Source: Octopus bimaculoides (Eukaryota). From it: a DNA stretch of 64,000 nucleotides. Positions 1 to 12,599 of the stretch are shown piece after piece. A program made the position numbers and the translations under genes. The DNA lies in assembly GCF_001194135.2 (NCBI RefSeq), contig NC_068982.1, forward strand, positions 29,200,234-29,264,233. Reading direction: 5' to 3'. The notes below the pieces were generated by a model. It did not search any database and had not been told where the DNA came from. It worked only from the letters and a program-made list of their open reading frames with translations. How positions within the stretch are numbered: the first letter of the stretch is position 1; each line of letters opens with the position of its first letter.

Positions 1-879
1 CCAGTCAAGCAGCACATCACGCTGTAATTCTTGGGCTGAGAAATCAACACTTAAAAGCCATAATTTTAAGGAGCGATAAGAATTTTTGAATAAAGGAAAA
101 TGGGTAGGGGTGGGTAGGTACCGCCAGCGAGTAGATAGGGCTCTTAATTGTAGATTTTAAATATTTGAGAGACAACAATGCATAAATCGTAATTTTTAAA
201 AGAGCAATGAATTTAGGAAGCTTAGAAAATTAATAAGTATGAATTTAAGACAACAACTGGATTCAATTGAATTTCATGGAGAGAAACAAGATAAATAATA
301 GATCCTTGCTAACTATTTGATTCTCCAAAGAAAATAGGTGTGAAAACGAGGATATTGTAACTAAGTAATAGATGGTATTGAGGTTAAAACAAAGACAAAG
401 AAAGCATAGAAGGAGTTAATTTGAACAGATATCAAAGGAAAGATTAATTGTATATGATATTCCTGCATTTCTTTTCCTATGGTAAAAGGCATAAACTCTT
501 GCATAATGATTGATCAGAAAACTCTTATATTCAACAAAAAGATAAGCATAAATCCTTTGTAATGCCCAGTCCAAACATTTTGCATATTCAAAATTTTTTT
601 AGATTTCTTCAGATTGTACCCACAGTAACTGACTAAGTTGTTTTATTTTTTTCTCTCCGTAGTGTTAAAAATGAGTTAAATGGCTAAATCCTAAGCTTTT
701 TAGTTTTAACATATATTTCTGTTGAGATAAATCTACAAAGGACTATATAAACTTTATTGAAAAGAACTTGTGGAATACTTTTTACATAAAGAGAGCAACA
801 TTGGCATATTACTTTTAAGTAGTTTTATATCACTTTCTCTTTTCTATTCCAGCTGGAATGTGTTGTATATCTCAGTACA

Positions 880-1325
880 TCATCATCATCATCATTTAAC
901 GTCCGTTTTCCATGCTAGCATGGGTTGGATGGTTTGACTGAGGTCTGGGAAGCCAGGAGGCTGCACCAGGCTCCAGTCTGATCTGGCAGTGTTTCTACAG
1001 CTTGATGCCCTTCCTAACACCAACCACTCCGGGTGTGTAGTGGGTGCTTTTTACGTGCCACTGGCATCGGCCATGTTTGGATGGTGCTTTTTATGTGCCA
1101 CCGGCACGGGTATCACAACTACAATTTCCATTTGATCTTCATTTTGATGTTGATGTACTTGACTCAATAGGTCTCCTCAAGCACAGTATGTCGCTCTACG
1201 ATCCAAAGTACTTTTGAATGGGCTGGAGCTGGTTATGCAAAACTGGTGTAGGATACAGCCGTGCACTCACATTATTTGCTGGGTCTTTGCAGTCACAGCA
1301 TATCTCCAGAGGTCTCGGTTTTTCT
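880..1325 (-). mobile_element. RTE-tail repeat (truncated LINE or SINE). Other copies near 7800-8340(+), 8555-8705(+), 11985-12240(-), 15143-15510(-), 32150-32710(+), 33330-33620(+), 41830-42060(-), 53170-53380(+)
   Basis: Shared catcatcatcatttaacgtccg.tttccatgct.gcatgggttgg and ggatgcccttcctaacgccaaccac motifs. Confidence 0.85.
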
Positions 1326-1857
1326 GAGTATTTGTTTTTAACAGCTAGATGCTTTACCTGCTGCTAACTACACAAAATAGAAATAACCAACCAACTAAAA
1401 CAAGGGTGACTTGACTTAATTAAGAACACTATATTGTTATGAATTCAGATTAGTTTCAGTATATTATTAAAATAGATTTAGTAACTGAGTTTTGTGATAA
1501 CCAGCTGTAGTATGTTGAGTATATGGGAATTTCTCTTCATTCACGCTAGAGAGCAGTTTCAAGTATAAGATATTTTTTTTCCAAATTAAATTATTAAGTA
1601 CACTACCATCATCTAAACCTTGAACACTCCCATTCTAAAATCTTTTATATATCATCTTAATCTATGAATTATAATATATTTTTTGTATATAGTTATGACA
1701 TTCAGGATTTGTATGAATGTATTGTGCCTAATGATTTAATTTGAAAAAAAAAAATCATCTCTGTTCTGAAAGCAGACTACTTTCACCTAAACCTAGAACA
1801 TTTCTATTCTAGAAGATGTTTTGTGTCTATTCATTATCTTTGGACTAATATATTTAA

Positions 1858-2077
1858 CCCTTTCGTTACCAAACCGGCTGAAACCGGCTCTGGCTCTGAG
1901 TACAAATGTCTTGTTTTCATAAGTTCTGAATTAAAATCTTCCACCAAACCTTAGTCACAATTTATGTTCCTAACACTAGCTGAATGATAACCAAGTTATT
2001 TTACTAAATTCTCTGTTATATTTAAAGTAATTGAAAGAAACACAGAGCATCTCAAAATAAATACAGTAACGAAAGGG
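1858..2077. mobile_element. piggyBac-type MITE
   Basis: TTAA|CCCTTTCGTTAC...GTAACGAAAGGG|TTAA. A partial reverse copy lies near 40800-40950. Confidence 0.85.
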
Positions 2078-2203
2078 TTAAAAACCTTTATCGGACACCC
2101 ATTATTATAATTTTTTTTATTGTGTAATTTAGATTCTGCTCTTGTCTTCATATTACTTAGAATTTTATGCAAAAATAAATATAGAACACTTTTGTTTCCT
2201 TAC

Positions 2204-2304
2204 CTGGATTTAAATATTGCCGGCTTCCTTTTGGGTGATCGAGTGGATTTGTTGAACCTGCAGTTGCAGCAGCAAATGCAGTGGTAGCTGCAGAAGAACT
2301 GGAT
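2204..2304 (-). CDS. RASGRF: RasGRF exon J, 101 nt, phase 2 to 1
   Basis: tttttgaatttag|A TCC...CCA G|gtaagg; [33 protein letters not shown](G), resembling vertebrate SALSAASAFAIATAG. Confidence 0.93.
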
Positions 2305-2868
2305 CTAAATTCAAAAACAATTACAAATAATCAGAAAAATAGATGAGATATAATAAATAATACACTGTTATTAATGTTCTTGTTAAGTAAAATAAGAAAT
2401 TTGGCAAAAGTAAGATTTCAGTGACAATCAGGAAGTTCTGAAATTGTGGAAATCTGAGATGTGATATATTTTCATATAAATTCATACTAAAATACTTCGA
2501 TATATTTTATTGACTGATTTGAATTTTCAGAAATATGATTCTTTAATACAAACTGAGCTTATTAGTTTTAGAAACTAAATTGAAACCAGGAGCAGAAATG
2601 GTTCTATGATTGAGAAGTTCACTTCTCAACCATGTGGTTTTGGGTTCAGCCCCACTGCATGACACCTTAGGTGAGGGTCTTCAATTATAGCCCTAGGCTA
2701 GTCAAAGCCTATAGGCACAGGAATGGCTATGGTTGAAAAGTTCACTTTCCAGCCACATGGTTTCATGTTCAGTCTCACTGCATGGAATCTGACAAGTGTC
2801 TTCTACTATAGCCCTAAATTAATCAAAACCTTGTGAGTGGATTTGATAGATTGAAACTAAAACAACCA

Positions 2869-2904
<36 letters not shown>

Positions 2905-5900
2905 ATATCTACAATTGCTTGTACAACAGTGGAACAGGCATTGTAGTTGTCAGTTTCTCCTGTCAACAGATGTCTTAGAGAAATAAGGAAGAGTCCGTTA
3001 GCAACACTGTACTTTGGATACCACAACATGATTGAAAATGCTTTTGTCTCTTTGCAAAGACATAGGTCAATCAGTTAACAGATGACACTGGATGTTACAG
3101 GGAACTGCCACGTGTCATGGAAGGTAGAGCTGGTTGGAGGATCAGGGTCATGTGAATTTCAACAAGTTCAAGCAATAACTATAGTTTCTATGCCACTGGA
3201 TTTGTTTAGTAGATATGTATAGGGTGGTCTGAAAGCCTTGTCACCCGCTACCGAAAAGTAATAAGAACAATAGAGGAACAATATAATAATATCAAAAACA
3301 TGTATTGGTTTTACTATATTCGCTTTCATTGACACTGTCACACATAGAGAAGGTCTGTATGAACACCTTCATTTTCGTGGCCCAAAATGATGTGGTGCCA
3401 TGTCCTGTATGATACTTTATGAAGCTGTTGGTGCTTGTACAGACCTTCTCAATGTGTGCCGGTGTCAATGAAAGGGAATATACAAAAACCAGCACATGTG
3501 TTTGATATTATTATATTGTTCCTCTATTGCTCTTATTACATTTTGGTAGAGGGTGACAAGACTTTCGGACCACCCTATACTTTTAAAACTTAACATAATT
3601 TAACAAATGAACATACAATTAAAAAACTTTAAACACATTTTAAATTATCCTTAGCTCAAAAAGGATGTCACAGTAAAATATCTTAATTTGTATTTACTTT
3701 ATATTCTACAACATTTTGTAATCTGATACATACCGCCGTTTTGACTGGCGTGACGACGTAACTACAGTTCCCGCTCTAGCCTGCGGGGGTGAACCATCTG
3801 CCTGGGCAAAACTGCTTCTGGGAGTTGAAATTGATTCAGCTTCTGCACTACCTCTTTTGCTGGAAACTAGAAATATACAATATTAGTAAATATATTTCTT
3901 AAAAGATAGGTGTTGTATGTATGCGTGTATGTATAAATATCTTCCTCCCCACAAGTATTAATCAGACGTTTTGTCGGTTTCAAAATAAAAATATGAATTA
4001 GTGTCACTCCTGTCTTTCTATATGATTCTTTGGTATCTGGGTCTGGGAGCAGGATTGGTGTTTTTTTCCAGACTCTTAAGTTTTCGTTAATGTCTGTGAC
4101 TTGACTTTGTTTCTTCATAACTTTCACATTTTAATGATGCAGATTACAATTATGCTGAAAAACAATTTACTTTTGAGGACTATTCCAATATTTCCCTTCC
4201 AGAATTGGTCAAATGCCTAATTGTCAATAAAATGAGATTTTCCAAAGACACCAGGATAATTTTTAAAAAAAGCAAAAATTATTTGAGGTGAATTTGTTGG
4301 TATGGTTGTTAGGAATGCTACGAGCCTTTGGAAGATACCCACATGATCCTGCTATTTCTAGCACACTAAAAGACCACATAGAGGATGGGTTGCCAGTTAG
4401 TTAATTTAAAAGTGAAAGATTAGCATAGCTAAGTTAAGTCAACATAATACCTGATTTCTTCATAAATTCTAATGCTGTCTTTAAGTGCTTGGTATTATTT
4501 TAAATGTATTTATTCTAAATTTATTTCCTTTAGAGAAATAAAGGATACAAAAGAAAATTAGATGGAACTTATCAGAAAAGTTAGACAAATTGGGAATAAA
4601 ATGTATAGATATCATTTAGCGACTACCAGAAATCTGCCAAGAGGGAGGACTTTCTGCTAGTATTATTTATGCCTTTAAACACACTGATATTTTATCTCTG
4701 TGCACCCTCCCACCATTTTTTCATCATACTCTCTCTATCATATAACCACTGCATAGTTTCTGTCATGTAACCAGAATACTGTGGACATCTACAAGGCTGA
4801 GGTCAGACCACTAGTTAACCTGTATCATTGTAGATACAGTAATGCCTCAATATATGAGTAGTGGACGCTACATTTCTTAGGAATATGGTTAAAGAACAGC
4901 AACCTGTTGTGAAAATTAGGTACGGTGCAATCATTGTAAAATACTACTGAAATATATAGTTTTAAATAATACCATGAAAAAGACTCTGCAGATGATTACT
5001 TGCATCAGATGAAACATACATATTTACAAAGTCTCGATTACAAATTGAGTAGTAATGTACATTTGTGATAGACAACAAGAAATCGTAGAAAGAATTATAT
5101 TGTAATGAAAACTTAAAATTTATGATAAGTGTCAGGAAGAATTGACATTTGCAATTCATGATGGACTCTCTTGTCGAAGGCAATGTATGAGCATTTAGCT
5201 TTTGCCAAATGACCTGCACAAATGATTCTTTTATAGTGATCAAATGTGTCATATATTAGTTCACTCCCTCCATCAAATCAACATTGACTGAACAGGTGTA
5301 TGGTGTACCACACGTCAGGTGTCAAAGTGGCTGCAGAGTCATGTGAGATGAAGTGTTTTGCTCAAGAACACAATGCACTATCCAGTCTAGGAATTGAAAC
5401 CATGATCTTGTGATTGTGAGAGCAATACACTAACCACTAGGCCATGCAGCCTCATGTAATTTGTAATTGTCCTGATAATACTAAAACTCTATTATTACTA
5501 TATCACACACACATATAGAGGACCATCTTGTCACAGACAAGAGATGAGGTTTCACATGTCTTTGATGAACAACCTGCACAGATGATTTTGTTTATAGTAT
5601 ACATTAGCTCACTCTCTCCACCAGATCAACATTGCCTGTACAGGTGAACAATGTGCCACACATCAGATGTCAAAGTCATTGCAGATAAATGTGAAATGAA
5701 GTGTTTTGCTCAAAAACACAATGAACCACCTGGTCTAGGAATCAAAACCACAATCTTGCAAATCCTCACATACATGCATGCACACACAAATTATTGAGTG
5801 ACAAGGGAACAGGAATTATGTAATTCTTGTTCTCTTGTTGTTCAATAATTTCTTTTATGCTCTGTACTCAGCTAACATTATTTAAAATACAAAGCAAAAT

Positions 5901-8900
5901 TAGAAGTGACTTACATATATTTTTCATGTTGGGTACTATCATGTTTGGAGAAGAGTAACTGTAACCAAGGATTGGAGATGGGGCACGGCGGAGCTTTGGA
6001 CTCGATGTTGGAGATCTAACAACTGAGCCTCTTGGAGACTGCATGTGTCTTGGGGAGGCTGATAGTACTGGGGTTTTACTTGGGGAGGACGTCATTTTGG
6101 CAGTAAAAGCCTTGGTTGGACTCTCAATCGAAGAACATGAGATTGAATCAAGGCTATGTAAACTGCCAGTAGCTTTCACTGGGGTTGATGGCCGAGTATA
6201 GAACTCCACTTGTTTCATCGGTAGACTCTTTCGGGGACTACTAACTGGAGATGAAATTGGTGTGCCACTTTTTACTGGAGTAGATGGCCTTGATAATCTC
6301 GAGTCACCGACATTGATTGGCACAAACTTCCGAGGACTTGTAAGGCCTGATGATGAGCTGACTGTTTGTCCAAGAAAACTATCGCTTATTAATTTGTTTG
6401 GCACAAATTGTCTGGAAGGGCTTATGGGGGAAGTAGCCGGGCTGACTTTCATTGATTTAGGGGTTAAAGTGTCTGTACTTGGAGTAGAACTCAGTGTAGC
6501 GTGAGTGAGCCCGTCATATAATGTTTCTGATGATGAAACATACACAGGTGTGGTTGAAGGAGCCAAAAGCTTAGCATGCTTCTCATTCTCCAATTCATCA
6601 CAGTCCTTTAGTGAAATTGGATAATTTTCCATAACAGCTTTCGACTCCTTCAGGAAGACATCATCAGACGTTGTGATAATAGGAATTTCATGATCATATA
6701 AAGTTTCACATGAAGCAATTGGCGCTAACTTGGGCCTGGAGGGTTTAAGATAGGAAGATATTTCCGATTGGCTTTCTTCACTTTCTGTAGAATCACCACC
6801 ACGATCTGAATAAAAGAAAGAAATGAGCAATGGTTTAGTAATAAATTAATGATAAAAAATTATAGTAATAAATCATCTTATCTTGAAAATTAATCATAAT
6901 AAAATATGAAACATTAATATATGTATTAAATCTGAGACAAGTTGTAAATAAGATTATAATTTTTCAGTTAACCACAACTTTACAGATTAAGTGTTTATAA
7001 AAACTAGACATACATTGTATTTTGATTGGTTTGATCACAAATTCTCATGAGGTGGTTTATTCCTGTATATCTTTGTAGTATAGGATTGGATCTTATTTTT
7101 TAAACTAAAATACAACACTTGAAGGGGTCCTCTGTTAGTTTTCATGACAAGCACTCAATTGTTTAATCACCTGTGCACCTAACACATTAAATTAACATTT
7201 AGTGGTTGAGTATTCCACGGATACCCTAAACATAATTCTCAGGCAGAATCAGCACAAGTGTGACAATGCTGTCTGTGCATTTGAATAACTGTCATAGGTA
7301 ATCCAAAAGACTTCCACAGCTTCTATCTATTCAGATGCTTTGCACAACTTGGCTATGACAAAGACATTTGCCCCTAACAAACAAAAGTATTGTATCATTC
7401 TGATAAGCAGTTATTTTCAGTAAACTAAACAATAGTTTTCTTTAACATGGGATAGAAAGCTCATTGAATGCATAATATTATTTAAAATTACACTGAAAAA
7501 ACCTTCTATTTACTTCTTTTTGTTATTTTTTTTTACCATTTACGGAAGTATGAACAGTACCCAGGACTCTTTATTTTGCAGGACTTCTGAGAACGGTGAA
7601 TGAAAGAGAGTAAGTTATCCTCAAACAGGTGATCTGGTCCCAAAATGCTTGCAATAGAGTGAGCTCTACTAAAAGCACCCAAAGTGTATTGGTGATGGCA
7701 TTAAATCAAGCAAAAAACTTAATTCATTACATTAGGACTGAGAACACAAATAACCAGAACAAATACCACAAGGCATTTTATCTCACACTATAATGAATGC
7801 AATAATATTTACCCTACATTTATCTCTAAACATTTCTCACTCCCTCACCACTCTTGCAACCTTTAACCATCCACCTTTCTTGATCTTATACTCCTACACG
7901 CTCTTCTAATCGCCTAGAGGACCATGGCACCTTGACACCAATATCATTGTCTCTCTTTCTTGATCCACACCCATAACTCCAATCCACCCTCATATGTCAG
8001 GGTTACTATGTATCCTGTCTACTACAACAAACCTGTTTGTGTCCCTTCTGACATACTTCAATCTCTCAACAAGAAAATAGCCACATCTCTCTCTACTAAA
8101 AGCCCATTCAGTTAAAGGGGCTCTCTAGTCTTACAACTTGCATGGTTATCTCCCTAATGCCATGGCCTCAAAAAAAGCACCCAGCATACTCTATAAAGTG
8201 ATCAGTATTAGGAAGAGTATTTAGTTGTAGAAACCAAGCCAAAATTAAGACACGGGAGCAAGCCATGGCTTTTTGAGTGCTTGGATCTTGTTGAACTGTC
8301 CAACTCATGCCAGCATGAAAAGCAGACATGAAATGATAGCAGCGACAATTATTACACATACTACAGTCTACAACATTCCAATAACTGTGTTTAATATTAA
8401 CAATAAAAGAATAGTGACCTTACTGTTCCAGTAGCATTAATATGTAGTTATAGATTTCACTAGGAAACCATGTAACTTCCCTTCTTTTAGTTAATTTAAA
8501 AATTTTTAATTCATAAACCACTATCTATATTCCATTGAAAGCACCCAATACAATCTGTGAAGTGGTGTGGCATTAGGAAGGTCATCCAGCTGTAGAAACC
8601 ATGTCAAAGTAGACAACAAAGCTTCTTCTCTGGCTTGCCAGTTCCTGTCAAATCATCAAACCCATGCCAGCATGGAAAACGCACATTAAATGATGATGAT
8701 GATGACAATGACTTAAAATTTCCTAATCTTAAATTAAAGGGAAATACAGCAATACTAATATTTACTTTTGATTTATTTAATTTCTTTCTTAGTTATAATT
8801 TTGTTTTTCTTTGGTAAAAATAGTTTTGCATTTTAAGAATGCCTGAATATAGAAAATTATGGTTATGATTATAAATTTATAACTATCAATTCTTTTCAAC

Positions 8901-11900
8901 CTAATAAGATAATTTTATGTTTTCCTCAATATAGGCGCAGGAGTGGCTGTGTGGTAAGTAGCTTGCTTACCAACCACATGGTTCCGGGTTCAGTCCCACT
9001 GCGTGGCACCTTGGGCAAGTGTCTTCTACTATAGCCTCAGGCCGACCAAAGCTTTGTGAGTGGATTTGATAGATGGAAACTGAAAGAATCCTGTCGTATA
9101 TATGTATATATGTGTGTGTGTGTGTGTTTGTGTGGCTGTGTTTGTCCCCGCCAACATTGCATGACAACAGATGCTGGTGTGTTTACATCCCCATAACTTA
9201 GTGGTTTGGCAATAGAGACCGATAAAATAAGTACTAGGCTTACAAAGAATAAGTCCTGGGGTCGATTTGCTCGACTAAAGGCGGTGCTCCAGCATGGTCA
9301 CAGTCAAATGACTGAAACAAGTAAAAGAGTAAAAGAGTAATATACAATAATCTCTCTCTAACCTTCAGAGGCTTACTCTTTGCTCTTCATGCATGCCTCA
9401 TAAACTCTGTATTATGTATGGAAAGAGAAAAACCCATTGTTGTTAACAGAGGTAATAATGTTTTGTGATCTATCACTATTCTCTTAACTTAGCTTCAAAT
9501 ATTCTTACTCTAACTCTCCTCCACTATGCCCTATGTATGCTACTGTGTAAAAGAAATTATCATATGAAGTGAACTGGCTGTAAAATCCAAAAATTTTTAA
9601 TTGTTGTTTAATCCAAATAGGATGTTCCAAATGTAACCATTTTGTCTTAGGCTTAGGTACATTGTATCTGGAGCTACATTATCTAGTGTATTCTTCTATA
9701 TCTATGATGTGATTTAAGGGAAATTTGCTTCTATTTCAAGCATACTGAGCAACCACAAAGAGGCTCGACATCCATAAATTTTGTTTCCAAATATGTCCTG
9801 GTCAGTCACTTCTTATGTACGTCTGGAACATCTAAATGTGAACCCTCCTCCATTGCACCTTTCATAAAGTATAGATAGTATTACTAAAGATAGTAGTATT
9901 ATCAGTAACTAATAATACTAACAACAACAAAAAAGAAGGCAGGGTGAATAAAACTGTTCTTGCATCTTGTACTTACATTTGTGAAATGCACTGGGAGTGC
10001 ATGGGGGTGCTGCAGGAACGGTAGCTTTGTCAGCAGCCACTTGTCTACTATCACCTGTGATCTCTGTTCTCATACAGCCCGTGCTGATTCGACGGCCATT
10101 CGGCTGAGGTCGGATAAGTAGACGGGAGTCTGGAGGGCTTCCACTGAATTGAACCGTATTATCATGACCTTCTTGATAGCCATCTTGATCGTTCATACTA
10201 GTATAAGAAATAAATTATGATAAGTCAGTACAGAATAAATTATACAGAAAAATAATTCAAAACAAACAAAAGCTATTTCAATATTTTCTTGTGCCATAAG
10301 AATTTATAAACTTCAAGAGAATGTGAAATAATTCTTTTTTGGAATGGTGAATTTCAGACCAGATATAGCTATAAATAATAGTATGTAAATAGCTTTATTA
10401 TATATTAACTTAAAAGCCACACACTGTGTGGACTTCTAAGCTGGCTCCTGCAGAGGGCTAATTGGGCTTGTGGCCCAAAACTAAAGAGAGCTAAATAGCA
10501 TGATTATAATATGTCCATAATGACTATAAGCCCCAGTGGTGTTTGGTCACAGGTTAAAGACGGATTAGAATTAATTCTGTAATGCAATCATTCTATTGTT
10601 CCAGTCCCAAGTTGAATTCCAACTGTTGGCCAATTTGTCCCAAAGTTCTTATCTCGATGTAAAAATAATGAAGCAAATGTCATCTGTCACCCCCTTGGTC
10701 TCTCACATCATCTGACAAATGCCACCATGATGGCGTGAATCAGCCAAGCTTTACCTACAAGAAAAAGCAACCGAAATGCTTTTAAATCAGATCCCAATGC
10801 TGGATGTTCAAGAGCCAAATGAAGGGCAGATTTTCAATTCTGGGACCATCCTGATTCCAAAATGGTATAATATGTCTATGTAGAGCAAATGTAGGCTGAG
10901 ATACAGGAGTCCCAAATGGACAGACAAAATTTCGCTTTTATTATAGACTAGCAGTATAGCCCGGCTTTGCCCGGGATTAAGTTGGGATTATTAAGCTAAT
11001 CAAGTTCTTTATTTCAAACCAAACTAAGTAACATGACGTCAAATTTATTATTTATAGCTTTATCTGCTTTAAGATTCAGCATTCCAAATTAGAATTATTT
11101 TCTTGCATGTTTGTATACAAGCATACTTTTGCATAAATGTATTTTCAAAATTTTCTGTTGCTAAAAATCAAGACATGCATGAACTTGATGGTTTCCAAAG
11201 TGATTGTTCTCACAACCTTCTTGGAGAGCTGTAAAAAGTACAAACCAATCTGAACATTTTCATTAAACAAAGCTGTTAACCATTTTGTGCAAACATTCAC
11301 AACATCCTACTGTATTGGAGGTCACTAAGCAGAAGAGAGCAACAAGAATGACCCTTCCACACAACTACCTCATTCAATCAGCAAGACCCTTCATCATTTT
11401 ACAAATAACAAAAATTTTATCGAACAAGACTCAAAAACATTGAAGCAGAACTGTTACATCACCAGCTGCAATGAGTAGGCCATATTCAAAGAATTTCGCA
11501 TCATCAACTGCTGAAGATGCTTATATATAGAGAATTACAATTAGAAACAAATCCAAAAGAATCTCTGAGATGGCAACACAAAGAACAAATGGAGTTAGCA
11601 TTCAGCAACTATAATAGTAATGTTTCCTCCAAGCATGTTGATGCATCTGATCATCATCTATGAAAGAGAAAATGTCACACTTGATGGAACTTGTGTGAAA
11701 GTAACTGCAGAGTGGAGGCTGACAGAAAGAGACATTAATGGTAGGAAACAAGCTGGCATCAAGGAGACATAAACTCAGCTTTGTTCTAATTCTCATGTTT
11801 TTATTTTTAGCATTCTTTTAGGTCAGAAATAGGCTTTTAAAACTATCTTAAAACACAGATAAATTCAATGTAACCAAATTCTTGACCCCAAAAGATGCCA

Positions 11901-12545
11901 ATGATGAAAAGGATTTGCAGACAGATATTTTCATGATCTTATACTGGCTATTCACACACACAAACACAAATATATATAGAATCATCATCATCATTTAAAG
12001 TCCGCTTTCCATGCTGGCATGGGTTGGATGGTTTGATTGAAAACTGGTAATCAAGTGGGCTGCACCAGGTACCAATCTGATTTGGCAAGGTTCCTATAGC
12101 TGGATGTCCTTCCTAATGCCAACCACTCTGAGTGTGTAGTGGGTGCTTTTAATGTGCCATCTGCATGGATGCCATTGACCTGACACTGGTATTGGCCATA
12201 ACTATGGTCTCACTTGGCTTGAAAGGTCAATACAAGCATGGTATATATAGATACAGTATACACTGATGACAGGTAACTACCCACAAACCTAGATCTATAA
12301 GTATCACATAAGGCTACAGATGGGAGTGATGATCTCCCTTGCATATACTATATGGGCACAGACTGTGTGCCAGTAGCCAACAGGAAAAGATGTTTTCCTG
12401 GGGCTAAATAACAGTAACATCATTCTTATATAGGGCTGTCACATTATGTTGGCAAATAAACTTTACTATTCAGTACTGTTAGACGGAGAAGATAAGTAGA
12501 CAGGTGTCTGTAGGGCTTCCACTCAGAGATTTAAAACAAGTTATG

Positions 12546-12599
<54 letters not shown>

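Noticed and set aside
6262-6504. Plus-strand 80-aa ORF overlapping exon H
   Set aside because: Antisense shadow of a real coding exon, with no independent support.
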